Source: an uncultured delta proteobacterium (GTDB lineage: Bacteria > Myxococcota_A > Polyangia > Polyangiales > Polyangiaceae). Taken from it: a stretch of 64,000 bases of DNA. The position numbers and the translations under genes are program-made. The notes beneath the pieces are model-generated. The model saw nothing but the letters and a program-made list of their open reading frames with translations. It searched no databases and had not been told where the DNA came from. Below, one piece after another: positions 18,857 through 28,957 of this stretch (position 1 is the first letter of the stretch; each line of letters begins with the position of its first letter). The DNA is taken from NCBI GenBank assembly GCA_963716725.1, contig CAVQUB010000001.1:32001-96000 (forward strand), given 5' to 3'.

Positions 18857-19471
18857 CAGCGTGACCTGATGACCGATGGAGCTGGTCTCGATCAACGCGG
18901 CGCTGGCGACGGCGCCCGAGGGATTCTCGCCGACGCTGCCGACGCCCACGATGTGCACGTCAGGAAGCATTCGCTCGAAGGGCACGTGGCAGCCACCGCA
19001 GACGACGATGTCAGCCATGTCTTCCCCGACCAGCGCGTTCATCTCTTCGTCGGTCAGCTCCGGTGAGAACGGTTCGGTCGGATCGGTGGGGCAGCCGTGG
19101 ACCACCAGCAGCTCGTCGTCGTTCTCCAGCGGGATACGCGCCATGGCTGGCAGTTTCGAGACGCGCGCGATGATCAACTCGCCCACCTCACGGTGCACGG
19201 CCCGGAGGCGCGCGATGCGCTGGCGCTCGTCGCTGGTGGTCGCGGAGAGCTTGTCCGGATCGACGCGCACGAGCGCCCGATCGCCGAGGCCCTGGACGCA
19301 CACGGCCTTGTGCTCGGTGAGCAGCTTCCAGACCTCGAGGGGCTCCGGACCGGGAAAGAGGTGGTCGCCACAGGCCACGAGCTGATCGAAGCCGAGCCCG
19401 CTCGCGTACTCGAGCACGCTCTGAAGGGCCTTGGCATGACCGTGGATATCGGAGACACACAGGAAGCGCAT
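18836..19471 (-). CDS. YfcE-like metallophosphoesterase with degenerate motifs
   Basis: SDIHG, CGD and VHG are present; GNH reads GLGD and GHTH reads GGCH. Confidence 0.85.
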   Translation of the reverse strand: MRFLCVSDIHGHAKALQSVLEYASGLGFDQLVACGDHLFPGPEPLEVWKLLTEHKAVCVQGLGDRALVRVDPDKLSATTSDERQRIARLRAVHREVGELIIARVSKLPAMARIPLENDDELLVVHGCPTDPTEPFSPELTDEEMNALVGEDMADIVVCGGCHVPFERMLPDVHIVGVGSVGENPSGAVASAALIETSSIGHQVTLLSVALD

Positions 19472-19531
19472 GGTGAGACTCACGCTCTAGCAGAGCCCGT
19501 CTCCCCTGGCGATCCGTGCTAGTCCGCCTCG

Positions 19532-22417
19532 GTGTCGTCCGAGAGTCTCCTGGCCCGCGCGCGCACCATCGATCCGGCTCGCGCCAAGAGCCGTGAGCGA
19601 GAGCTGGGCGGCTCCCGCGCGGTCGCGGTGCTGTTGTCGACCGCGTTTTCGCCGCTGCGCCCCGCCTTCGGCTGGCAGATCGACGCGCTCGACGAGATCG
19701 GTCGGGCGGGCTGGCGAGGGCGGCGCCAGCGCTCCGATCTGCTGGCACGCCTCTGGGCGACTGTCGGAGCGCTCGAGGACCCCGATGCCGTTCAGGCGCG
19801 CCTGCGGCGTGCGGTCTGGACCGAGCGCGCACGCATCGCGCTGCGCGAGCTGCTGCCGCCGCGGCTCGGCGGAGCCAGCATCGACGTCACCGCCGCGGAG
19901 CTGAGCGATCTGGCCGAGGCGGCCCTCGAGGTGGCGCTGGCCGAGGCCCACCAGCACGTGAGCGCGCGCTTTGGCGAGCCTCGACTCGACTCGGGTGAGC
20001 GCTCAGCCGTGGTGTGTCTCGGGATGGGCAAGCTCGGCGGCAGCGAGCTCAATGCCGGATCCGACGTCGACTTGATCTTCGTCTACGACAGCGATGAAGG
20101 TGCGGCGGGGGAGATCACGCTGCACGACTACTGGACCCGAGTGGTGCGTCGCGCCGTCGGCACCATCGAGACGCCGACCGCCGATGGTTTTGTCTGGCGC
20201 GTCGACTTGCGGCTCAGGCCCGAGGGGTCCCAAGGGCCCATCGTCAACAGCGTAGCGGCCACGGAGCGCTACTACGAGACTTGGGGTCGTTTGTGGGAGC
20301 GGGCCGCGCTCCTGCGTGCGCGGCCGGTCGCGGGCAGCGTCGAGCTCGGCAAGCTGCTCGAGCGGGAGATCATCGGTCCCTTCGTATTTCGGAGAGAGCT
20401 CGACCCCGCCATCGCCGGAGCCCTGTCTTCATTGGTGGAGCAGTCGCGGGCTGAGCTGTCGACGGATCCCGCGCGCGACGTGAAGCTGGGGCCGGGTGGG
20501 ATCCGCGAGGCGGAGTTCTTCGTGCAGAGTCTGCAGCTCTTCTGGGGCGGAAGAGAGCCGAGCCTGCGGGTCACCGGCACCCTGCCGGCGCTCAACCGCC
20601 TCCGTGCACGCGGCCTGGTCACCGATCGCGAGGTGCGCGGGATCGCTTCGGCGTATCGCCTCTTGCGCCGGGTCGAGCACCGGATCCAGTGGATGACCGG
20701 GGTCCAGACCCACAATCTGCCCAAGGACGAGCACGAGCTCGAGTTGCTCGCCCGCACCTTCGAGTATCCCGACGGCGCGGCGCTCATGGACGAACTCGGC
20801 GCTGCGCGCGCGCGTGTGCATCGCCTGTTCCGGTCGCTCACCCCAGACGGCCCGCCGCCGCTCGCGCGCCACCACGTCCTGATCCAGCGGCTCGACGCCG
20901 GCGATTCGTCTCTGGGTGAGATCGTGGAGCAGACCTTTGGCAGTCCGGAGGTCGCAGAACATCTGCGTGCTCTGGCGCGACGCCCCGACGAACTCCTGGG
21001 TGCGCTCACCCGCGAGCGTCATCCGGAGCTTGCGGACCAGGTGCTCGACGGAATTGCCGAGTCACCCGATCCCGAGCAGGCCGCGCGCACGTTGCGCTCC
21101 TTGCTCGGGCGTTTCACCCACTCCGGCGCGTACGTCACGCTCTTGGCGGAGGATCCTCGGGCGCTGGCCCGACTGCTCTGGGTCGTCGGAGCCAGCGCCT
21201 TCGTGAGTGACGCCGTCGTCAGCCGGCCCGAGCTCGCGGACATCGTGCTCTTCGGACGCGACGGTCTGCCGGATCCTCGTCAAATCGTCGCTGCAGAAGT
21301 GGCGGCTGCCGAGAGCGCGGGGCGCGACGATCCCTTCGAGCGGCGCGACGAGTTCGTGCAAGCCACTCGGCGCGCCAAACGCCGGGTCATGGTCGAGGTC
21401 GCGGTGGCGGACCTCGCCGGTATCCTCTCGACGCGCGACGCCACGCGCCTGCTCTCTCAGCTCGCCGACGAGACGCTGGAGCACGCCGTGCGTTTCGAAA
21501 TGGGCGGCGAGCCACGCGGCCTCGCCGTCATCGCCGTCGGCAAGCTTGGCGGACGCGAGATCGGCTACGGCTCCGACCTCGACGTGCTCTTCGTCTACGA
21601 ACCCTCCGCGGCTCCCCCGGACAAGGATCCCGGAGAGCACTTCGTACGTGTCGCGCAGCGCATCATTCGGCTGATCAGCGAAGCGCACCCGGCCGGCCCT
21701 GGCTACGAGCTGGACACGCGCCTCAGGCCGTCGGGCTCCCATGGCATGCTCGTCACGTCGCTCGCCTCGTTTGCGCGGTACCACGGAGTTTCTCTCTCGT
21801 CCGACGACGCCGGCCCGGCCGTGCAGTCTTCGGGCGCGGCCTGGGAACGGCAAGCGCTGATCCGCGCACGCGGCTCTGCCGGCGATCCAGCGCTGGTTCA
21901 AGCGGTGATGCGTGCGGCGGCGCAAGCGGCCTACGAAGCAGGCCCGCCACCCATCGAAGACATGCACCGTCTTCGGCTGCGAATGGAGGTCGAGCTCGGG
22001 CGCGAACGCGAAGGCCGCTACGATTTGAAGACCGGCCGCGGCGGGCTGCTGGACATCGAGTTCATGACTCAGTGGCTTCAGATGAGTCACGGCAAGGACA
22101 CGCGCGTGCGTTCGCCGGACACCGGGGAAGCGCTCGAGGCCCTAGCCACCTGCGGATACTTGCCCCGATCCGAGTACGAGACGCTCCGCGAAGCCTACGC
22201 GTTCTTGCGGCGTTTGGAGCAGCGCATTCACATTTTGCACGCAACGGGGGCCACGGTGCTCGACGTGCGTGCGCCGGGCCTCACACAGCTGGCGCGTCGC
22301 ATGGGAATGCACGACACCGCGCGCAGGGGCGGCGTCGACGAGCTGCTGGAGCGCTATCGTGACGTTGCCGAAGCCGTACGCGGCGCCTACGAACGAACGC
22401 TCGGCATCGCGCCCTGA
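19532..22417 (+). CDS. glnE: Bifunctional glutamine synthetase adenylyltransferase/adenylyl-removing enzyme
   Basis: Two nucleotidyltransferase domains: MGKLGGSELNAGSDVDLIF/DLRLRPEG/WERAA/KLGPGGIRE and VGKLGGREIGYGSDLD/DTRLRPSG/WERQAL/KTGRGGLLDIEF. Confidence 0.95.
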   Translation: MSSESLLARARTIDPARAKSRERELGGSRAVAVLLSTAFSPLRPAFGWQIDALDEIGRAGWRGRRQRSDLLARLWATVGALEDPDAVQARLRRAVWTERARIALRELLPPRLGGASIDVTAAELSDLAEAALEVALAEAHQHVSARFGEPRLDSGERSAVVCLGMGKLGGSELNAGSDVDLIFVYDSDEGAAGEITLHDYWTRVVRRAVGTIETPTADGFVWRVDLRLRPEGSQGPIVNSVAATERYYETWGRLWERAALLRARPVAGSVELGKLLEREIIGPFVFRRELDPAIAGALSSLVEQSRAELSTDPARDVKLGPGGIREAEFFVQSLQLFWGGREPSLRVTGTLPALNRLRARGLVTDREVRGIASAYRLLRRVEHRIQWMTGVQTHNLPKDEHELELLARTFEYPDGAALMDELGAARARVHRLFRSLTPDGPPPLARHHVLIQRLDAGDSSLGEIVEQTFGSPEVAEHLRALARRPDELLGALTRERHPELADQVLDGIAESPDPEQAARTLRSLLGRFTHSGAYVTLLAEDPRALARLLWVVGASAFVSDAVVSRPELADIVLFGRDGLPDPRQIVAAEVAAAESAGRDDPFERRDEFVQATRRAKRRVMVEVAVADLAGILSTRDATRLLSQLADETLEHAVRFEMGGEPRGLAVIAVGKLGGREIGYGSDLDVLFVYEPSAAPPDKDPGEHFVRVAQRIIRLISEAHPAGPGYELDTRLRPSGSHGMLVTSLASFARYHGVSLSSDDAGPAVQSSGAAWERQALIRARGSAGDPALVQAVMRAAAQAAYEAGPPPIEDMHRLRLRMEVELGREREGRYDLKTGRGGLLDIEFMTQWLQMSHGKDTRVRSPDTGEALEALATCGYLPRSEYETLREAYAFLRRLEQRIHILHATGATVLDVRAPGLTQLARRMGMHDTARRGGVDELLERYRDVAEAVRGAYERTLGIAP

Positions 22418-22531
22418 CGCTCCAAGCGAAGGGATCCGAAGGGCCGTCCGCCGGCAGCGCGAGGCTCTTGCTCTCCCGACCGGCGGGCGGCTCTTGCACG
22501 ACCCGCGGACCCGGCGCAACCTTGGGCGCTG

Positions 22532-24376
22532 GTGACCACCCCTCGCGCTCAGAACGCTCCGCGCGCGCTTTCGCTGGAGATCCTGTGTCGCGTGCTCGAG
22601 AACGCACGCCTGCTCACGCCGGAGCAGCACCGCGAAGCCGTCGTGCGGCAGGACAAGGAACGGGCCAAGGTGCTGCGCGCCAAGACCGGCGTCGCCCGGA
22701 CCAGGCGCCGCGGCGCCGAGGAGCCGGTGCACCCGGCCGAGGTGCTGGTGGCCATGGGCTTTGGCGCGGGAGGCGACCCACGCTTCCCACTCACCGAGCG
22801 CACCATCATGCAAGCCCTCGCGGCCGATGTCGGCTTGCCCTTCATCGATCTGGATCCGCTCGAGCTCGACGCCAAGTTGGCGCCCCAGTATCTGTCGCGC
22901 CCCTTCGCCAAGAAACACGGCGCGCTGGTGATCGCGGCCGATCCCACCACGGTCACCGTGGCGGTCAGCGATCCGCTGGACGCACAGCTCGCGGACGACA
23001 TCCGCACCTACGTGAAGCGCGAACCCAAGACGGTGCTCGCGACGCCCAGCGACGTGGGTCGGCTGATCGCGGAGTTCTACGGGTTCCGCGGCGCCGTGAC
23101 CGCGGCGGCGGAGGAGATCGCATCGCCGGGCGTGGACATCGGAAACCTCGAACGTTACGTGCAGCTCAAGCGCGTCGAGGAAATCGACGCCGCGGACAGC
23201 CACGTGGTCTCGGCGGTCGAGTACCTACTGAACTACGCCCTCGATCAGCGGGCCAGCGACGTGCACTTCGAGCCTCGACGCGACCAGAGCATGGTGCGCA
23301 TGCGCATCGACGGCGTACTGCACCGCGTGCATTCACTGCCCAAGGTCGTGCATCCGGCAGTGATCAGCCGGATCAAAACCCTGGCGCGGCTCGACATCGC
23401 CGAAAAGCGTCGCGCCCAGGACGGGCGCATCAAGATGGCGCGCGGCGACCGCGAGGTCGAGTTGCGCGTGTCGACGGTGAGCGTGGCCTTCGGGGAGAAG
23501 CTCGTGCTTCGCGTATTCGACCCGGAGGTGATGGTGCGCGACCTCGCCGACATCGGCCTGCTCCCGGAGCAGCTCGTGCCCATCGAGCGAGCCATCGCGC
23601 GCACCAGCGGTTTGGTTCTGGTCACCGGCCCCACCGGCAGCGGCAAGACGTCCACGCTGTATGCGACGCTGCGCGCGGTCGCGAGCCCGGAAATCAACGT
23701 CGTCACCATCGAAGACCCGATCGAGATCGTTCTCGAAGAGCTCAACCAGATCGCGGTGCAGCCCAAGATCGGACTCACCTTCCCCGAAGCGCTGCGGACG
23801 GTTCTCCGACAAGATCCTGATGTGATCATGGTGGGCGAGATCCGGGACTCGGAGACCGCGACCATCGCTGCCCAAGCCGCGCTCACCGGGCACCTGGTGA
23901 TCGCCACCCTGCACACGAACGATGCGCCGACCGGGGTGACGCGTTTGCTCGAACTCGGGGTGGACCCGTTCGTGCTCGCTTCGACGCTGGTGTGTGTGGC
24001 GGCGCAGCGTCTGCTGCGCTTGGTTTGTCCCGACTGTCGCGTCGAGACCTTCCTGCTCCGAGATCAGATGGCGATGTTGGGGGTGGACGTGGACGCCCTC
24101 GACGCGGGGGGCGACTTCCGCGAGCTGATGGTTCCAGAAGGCGAGGGCTGCGTGCGCTGCCGAAACACGGGGCTCTACGGCCGCACCGGCGTGTTCGAGG
24201 TGATGGAAGTGGATGACAAGATCCGGAGGATGATTTCTGTGGGCGCCAGCGCCAAAGAGATGATGCGCCAGGCGCGCGACGACGGGCTGATGACCTTGCG
24301 CGAGGGCGCGATCAAGAAGCTCGCCCGGGGACTCACGACCTTCTCGGAGGTGCTGCGGGTGACGACGGAGGCATGA
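22532..24376 (+). CDS. GspE/PilB-family secretion ATPase (orphan in this window)
   Basis: ASDVHFEP, GPTGSGKT, TIEDPIE, LRQDPDVIMVGEIRD, TGHLVIATLHTND, tetra-Cys CPDC...CVRC. Confidence 0.93.
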   Translation: MTTPRAQNAPRALSLEILCRVLENARLLTPEQHREAVVRQDKERAKVLRAKTGVARTRRRGAEEPVHPAEVLVAMGFGAGGDPRFPLTERTIMQALAADVGLPFIDLDPLELDAKLAPQYLSRPFAKKHGALVIAADPTTVTVAVSDPLDAQLADDIRTYVKREPKTVLATPSDVGRLIAEFYGFRGAVTAAAEEIASPGVDIGNLERYVQLKRVEEIDAADSHVVSAVEYLLNYALDQRASDVHFEPRRDQSMVRMRIDGVLHRVHSLPKVVHPAVISRIKTLARLDIAEKRRAQDGRIKMARGDREVELRVSTVSVAFGEKLVLRVFDPEVMVRDLADIGLLPEQLVPIERAIARTSGLVLVTGPTGSGKTSTLYATLRAVASPEINVVTIEDPIEIVLEELNQIAVQPKIGLTFPEALRTVLRQDPDVIMVGEIRDSETATIAAQAALTGHLVIATLHTNDAPTGVTRLLELGVDPFVLASTLVCVAAQRLLRLVCPDCRVETFLLRDQMAMLGVDVDALDAGGDFRELMVPEGEGCVRCRNTGLYGRTGVFEVMEVDDKIRRMISVGASAKEMMRQARDDGLMTLREGAIKKLARGLTTFSEVLRVTTEA

Positions 24377-25827
24377 GCGTGGGCGCTCTGGCGGACATCG
24401 AGGACCTGCTCCGGCGCCGGGTCGGCGCAGGGTTCCCCATCGTGGCCATCGAGACCCGCGAAGAGGAGCGGGCGCTCGGGCTCGTTCGTAGTGTTCTGAG
24501 CGGGCGCGTCGTCGAGCGATGGACGGCGACTCGCGGCGGCGCCGCGGCGGTGGACGATTTGGTGCGGAGCATCCTCGAAGCTGGGGAAGACCCGGCTCGG
24601 GTGCTGGTGGCGCTCGACGTTCATCGCTGGCTTTCCGACGCCAGGGTCGCGCGCGCCTTGCGGGACTTCGTGGCGGGCTTCGCCTCACCCGCTCCTCCCG
24701 TCGTGCTGGTGGCGCCGGCCTTCGAGTTGCCCACGGAACTCGAGCGAGACGTCGCCGTGGTGCCGCTGCCCCTGCCGAGGGAACCCGAGCTCCAGGCCGC
24801 CCTGGACGCCGTGATTCAAGAGCAACCGGCGCCCGTGCTCGGGGAGCGGGAGCCTTTGCTTCGCGCCGCGCGGGGCATGACCCTGCTCGAAGCCGAGCGG
24901 GCGTTTCGCGACGCGGCCCAGGCGAGTTCGTCCGCCGAGGCGGCGGCGCGGGTGGGCAGCGAGAAGCAACGGGTGCTGCGCAGCCGAGCCACGCTCGAGC
25001 TCGTCGAGGCGCAGATCCAACTCGAACAGGTGGGCGGCCTCGGGGTCCTGAAGGCGTGGCTCAGGCAGCGGGTGTTGGCGTTTTCGGATCGCGCGCGGGC
25101 CTTCGGGCTCGACGAGCCTCGCGGCATGCTCGTTTGCGGCGTCCAAGGTTGTGGCAAGTCTTTGGTGAGCAAGGCTGCGGCGGCGGCCTTGGGCTTGCCG
25201 CTCGTGCGCCTCGACTTCGCCGCGGTGTTCGCGGCCGTCTCGCCCGAGCTCGCGCTGCGCGACGGCCTGTTGGCGGTGGAGGCCGTCGCCCCCGTCGTCC
25301 TCTGGGTCGACGAGATCGAGAAAGGTCTCGGAGGCGATCCGGGCGACGCGCGGCTCGGGCGTACCTTCGGCGCATTCCTGACCTGGCTCCAAGAGCGTCG
25401 TGCGCCAGTTTTTGTCGCAGCTACCGCCAACGAAGTCGACCGGCTGCCGCCCGAGCTCGCCCGGCGAGGTCGCTTCGACGAGATCTTCTTCGTGGATCTG
25501 CCGTCCGCGAAGGACCGCGAGGAGGTCTTACGCGTTCACCTGTCGCGCCATGGGCGGGACCCGGGCGCTTATGCGTTGATCGAGGTGGCACGGCGACTCG
25601 ACCGCTTCTCCGGCGCCGAGATCGAGCAGGTCGTCTCGAGCGCGTTGTTCCGGGCCTTTTCGGCCGAACGGGAGCTCGCGCAGGCCGATCTCGACGCGGC
25701 GGCCGGTGAGATCATCCCGCTCGCGGTGCTCTACGAGGAACGCGTTCAGGCTCTGCGCAGGTGGGCCGAGACGCGGGCGCGAAGGGCCTCGGCCGACCGG
25801 CGGACCATCGAGCTCTTCGAGCCCTGA
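24373..25827 (+). CDS. AAA+ ATPase, Ycf46-like
   Basis: [63 protein letters not shown] overlap with the gspE-like gene. Confidence 0.9.
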   Translation: MSVGALADIEDLLRRRVGAGFPIVAIETREEERALGLVRSVLSGRVVERWTATRGGAAAVDDLVRSILEAGEDPARVLVALDVHRWLSDARVARALRDFVAGFASPAPPVVLVAPAFELPTELERDVAVVPLPLPREPELQAALDAVIQEQPAPVLGEREPLLRAARGMTLLEAERAFRDAAQASSSAEAAARVGSEKQRVLRSRATLELVEAQIQLEQVGGLGVLKAWLRQRVLAFSDRARAFGLDEPRGMLVCGVQGCGKSLVSKAAAAALGLPLVRLDFAAVFAAVSPELALRDGLLAVEAVAPVVLWVDEIEKGLGGDPGDARLGRTFGAFLTWLQERRAPVFVAATANEVDRLPPELARRGRFDEIFFVDLPSAKDREEVLRVHLSRHGRDPGAYALIEVARRLDRFSGAEIEQVVSSALFRAFSAERELAQADLDAAAGEIIPLAVLYEERVQALRRWAETRARRASADRRTIELFEP

Positions 25828-25894
25828 GCGGCGGATCCCTGCCAAGGACCAAGTAGCGCTGTCCGAGCGCCGACTTCGGGCTAGAATGCGGGCG

Positions 25895-27415
25895 ATGGGG
25901 CAGGGGACAGAGAGCGTCGAGCTCGCGGAAGCTCGGAGCAAGCTCGCCGAGCAACGGCATCAGCTCGCATTTGCCCTCGACGCAACGGGGGTCGGCCTCT
26001 GGAGCTGGAGCGCGGATACCGACCGGATCGACTGGGACGAAGTCACGTGTGGGATCTTCGGACGCGTGGTGCCCAAGAGTCTGGACGAGTACCTGGGCTT
26101 CATTCACCCGGAGGACCGCTCCCGCTCCGCCGAACACATCAGCAAAGCAGTTCGGAGCGGGCACTTCGACGACTTCGAGTTGCGCATCGTACGACCGGAC
26201 GGGGCCATCCGGTGGGTCTCTGGCAAGGGGCGCGCTCAGCTCGCTGAGAACGGCGAAGCCCAGCGGCTGGTCGGCGGCATTCTGGACGTGACCGACCAGC
26301 ATCGCCTACGTGAAGAGCTGCACATGTCGCGCAAGCTCGAAGCGGTCGGACAGCTCGCCGAGGGAGTCGCACATCACTTCAACAACCTGTTCACGGTAGC
26401 CCTGGCGAACATCGAGCTCTCCCTGGCGCAGTGCCCAGCCGAGGCCCAAGAGTCGCTCCGCGAGAGCAGCGACGCAGTCCTGCGCGCGGCAGATCTGGTT
26501 CGCCAGTTGACGCTCTTCGCGGGAAGGCATCCCCAGGGAAGCCGCGACAATATGGCCTTCGCAGCCCTCGTCGAGCGGACGGTGGGCGTGTGCCGCGCGA
26601 CCTTTCAGAACGAGGTGCGCATCGAACTCGCCCTCGACCCCGATCTGGGTGCGGTCGCCGGCGACGCGAGCCAGATCGAGCAGTTGATTCTCAACTTGAT
26701 GGTCAATGCCCGTGATGCATTCGAGGGCTCGGAGGTCGTCGATCGCTATATCGAGGTGCGTGCGAATCGGTATCTGCGCCCTACGGGCCAGAGCATGCTC
26801 GAACTTCGGATCATCGACAACGGAGCGGGCATGTCCGACGAGGTGCGGGCCCGGGCAACTGAGCCTTTTTTCACGACCAAGCCCGTCGGGCGCGGCACTG
26901 GCTTGGGGCTGTCAAGCGCGCACGCCATCGTGCAGGAGCATGCAGGTCGCCTGAGCATCGAGTCTCAGGTCGGGGTCGGGACCACCGTGATCGTCGAGCT
27001 TCCGAGCGCCGAACCATCGCGGGTCGAGCCAGCGAGGCCGGTCGAGCGCCCCGAATTCAGTGGCGGTGGGCAGCTCATCCTGGTCGTCGATGATGAGCCG
27101 GCGGTTCGCCGAGTGCTCGGCGCGGTCCTGTCGAGCGCCGGTTTTCAGGTGGAGCAAGCCGGGGACGGCGCCGAGGCTCTCGATTTCGTCGCGCGGGACC
27201 CGCGCCAGGTGGCGTTGGTGGTGCTCGATCAATCCATGCCCGGCATGTCCGGAGGCAGCGTGTTGACGGAGCTCCGACGGATTGCGCCAGCGATCCCCGT
27301 GCTGGGCGTGACGGGTTCCACGACACCCTTCGCCGACTCGGACGGTACCCTGCAAAAGCCCATGACGGCCGACGCGCTCTTGGCTGCCGTTGCTGACCTG
27401 ATCCAGCGAGGCTGA
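25895..27415 (+). CDS. Hybrid sensor histidine kinase (PAS-HisKA-HATPase-receiver)
   Basis: PAS_3 (IHPEDR...RPDG), AHHFNN H-box, NARDA, DNGAGM, PFFTTK, GTGLGL, receiver VDDE/LDQSMP. Start 25886 or 25895. Confidence 0.92.
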   Translation: MGQGTESVELAEARSKLAEQRHQLAFALDATGVGLWSWSADTDRIDWDEVTCGIFGRVVPKSLDEYLGFIHPEDRSRSAEHISKAVRSGHFDDFELRIVRPDGAIRWVSGKGRAQLAENGEAQRLVGGILDVTDQHRLREELHMSRKLEAVGQLAEGVAHHFNNLFTVALANIELSLAQCPAEAQESLRESSDAVLRAADLVRQLTLFAGRHPQGSRDNMAFAALVERTVGVCRATFQNEVRIELALDPDLGAVAGDASQIEQLILNLMVNARDAFEGSEVVDRYIEVRANRYLRPTGQSMLELRIIDNGAGMSDEVRARATEPFFTTKPVGRGTGLGLSSAHAIVQEHAGRLSIESQVGVGTTVIVELPSAEPSRVEPARPVERPEFSGGGQLILVVDDEPAVRRVLGAVLSSAGFQVEQAGDGAEALDFVARDPRQVALVVLDQSMPGMSGGSVLTELRRIAPAIPVLGVTGSTTPFADSDGTLQKPMTADALLAAVADLIQRG

Positions 27416-27481
27416 GCTCGAAGGGCGGAGGCTTGGCGGCTACCTGGCCCGGTCCTACACTGCCTCGAGCGGGGGAGGGAA

Positions 27482-28957
27482 ATGAGGGAACAGCGAGTCG
27501 ACCCGAGCGGTGACGCGATCTGCGCGGGGGACCCGAGTTCGAGCGAGGCCTTTCAGAGCACGCTCGTCGCGCCCGGTTCGAGTCCGCGCTCGCGGCCCTT
27601 GGTCGATGCCGAAGGCGTTAGCCCGATAGCCCTCGCCGACTTCGTGCTGGCGTTGCCCACCCTGGGAAAGGCCAACCTGGTGAGCATCGGCCCGCACACG
27701 TCCGAGGGTGCCATTCTGGAAGTCAGGCGCGGAGGCAATACCGTCTTCGCGTGTCGACTCACCTCCGACCAAGCAGCCGCGGCGGTGACTCGGATCGCGT
27801 TGCTCGCCGCTCTCGACCCGCTCGAGGAGCACGGGTCGCTGGCTTCGCTAGCGAACGTGGCACGCTTGCGCGTTCGGGCGGGAGACCGCGCGGCGGACGT
27901 ACTGGTGTCCGTCGGCGCGACTGCGGACGGTCTGGACGCCGAAGTCCGAGCGCTGTCCGGCTCCGACGCTCCGCCCTCCTCGCGCAGCGCTTCGCTCCGC
28001 CGCTGCCCCCGCTGCGGAGAGTGGTCGTCGCCCTCGTTCACCACTTGCCCGCGTGATGAAACCCCGCTGCTCGATGTGCACGACGACCCACGTCCGGGGG
28101 GGACCATCGGGGTCTATAGAGTGCTCGGCCACCTGGGCGCTGGCGGCATGGGAGTCGTTTTGTCCGGCGAGCACGTGTTCCTGGCCCGCCCGGTGGCCAT
28201 CAAGCTCATGCGAGACTCCATCGCCCAGAGTTCGGCAATGGTGCGCCGATTCTTGGCCGAGGCGCGCGCGGCATCTCGGATCGTTCATCCGAACGTCGTC
28301 GAGGTCACTGACTACGGCGTGCTGGCCGATGGTCGCCCGTACTTGGTCATGGAGTGGGTGGGTGGGCAGCCGCTCGATCGAATGCTCGCGGATCGCGGGG
28401 CGTTGCCGCCGGGGCCTGCCATGCGAGTTGCGCGGGCGGTAGCCGAAGGCCTGGCCGCGGCTCACGCCCGAGGCGTGGTGCACAACGACTTGAAGCCCGC
28501 CAACATCGTCCTGCTCGAGGGCTCGTCCGACCAACATCCCGCGCTAAAAATCGTCGATTTCGGCGCCGCATCCTTCCCGAGCGGGGCTGCGAGCGTCGAG
28601 CTCGATGAGCACATCGGCACACCGGCCTACATGTCGCCCGAGCAGGTGCGCGGCGAGCCGACGGATGGTCGATCCGACGTGTACGCGCTCGGCGCGGTGC
28701 TCTACGAGATGTTGACTGGTGCTCCTCCCTTCGCGGGCAACATCCGGAGCGTCCTCCGCGCGCACCTGACCAGTGAGCCGGCTCCGCCTTCGTCGCCCTT
28801 CGGGGCCATGCCGAGTCCGGTGACTCGGGTTGTGGTGCGGGCACTGGCCAAGCGCCTGGAGCAGCGGCCTCAATCCGCGGTCGAGTTCATGCTGGACCTC
28901 GACCGCGCCCTGTCGGTGCTCGAGCGTCCGAGCTGGAGGAAGTGGCTGCCCGCATGA
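27482..28957 (+). CDS. Ser/Thr kinase (HND, non-RD) with N-terminal GspE-N2-like domain and Cys knuckle
   Basis: GAGGMG, VAIK, HNDLKPAN, DFG, YMSPE; CPRC...CPRD precedes the kinase domain. Confidence 0.9.
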   Translation: MREQRVDPSGDAICAGDPSSSEAFQSTLVAPGSSPRSRPLVDAEGVSPIALADFVLALPTLGKANLVSIGPHTSEGAILEVRRGGNTVFACRLTSDQAAAAVTRIALLAALDPLEEHGSLASLANVARLRVRAGDRAADVLVSVGATADGLDAEVRALSGSDAPPSSRSASLRRCPRCGEWSSPSFTTCPRDETPLLDVHDDPRPGGTIGVYRVLGHLGAGGMGVVLSGEHVFLARPVAIKLMRDSIAQSSAMVRRFLAEARAASRIVHPNVVEVTDYGVLADGRPYLVMEWVGGQPLDRMLADRGALPPGPAMRVARAVAEGLAAAHARGVVHNDLKPANIVLLEGSSDQHPALKIVDFGAASFPSGAASVELDEHIGTPAYMSPEQVRGEPTDGRSDVYALGAVLYEMLTGAPPFAGNIRSVLRAHLTSEPAPPSSPFGAMPSPVTRVVVRALAKRLEQRPQSAVEFMLDLDRALSVLERPSWRKWLPA

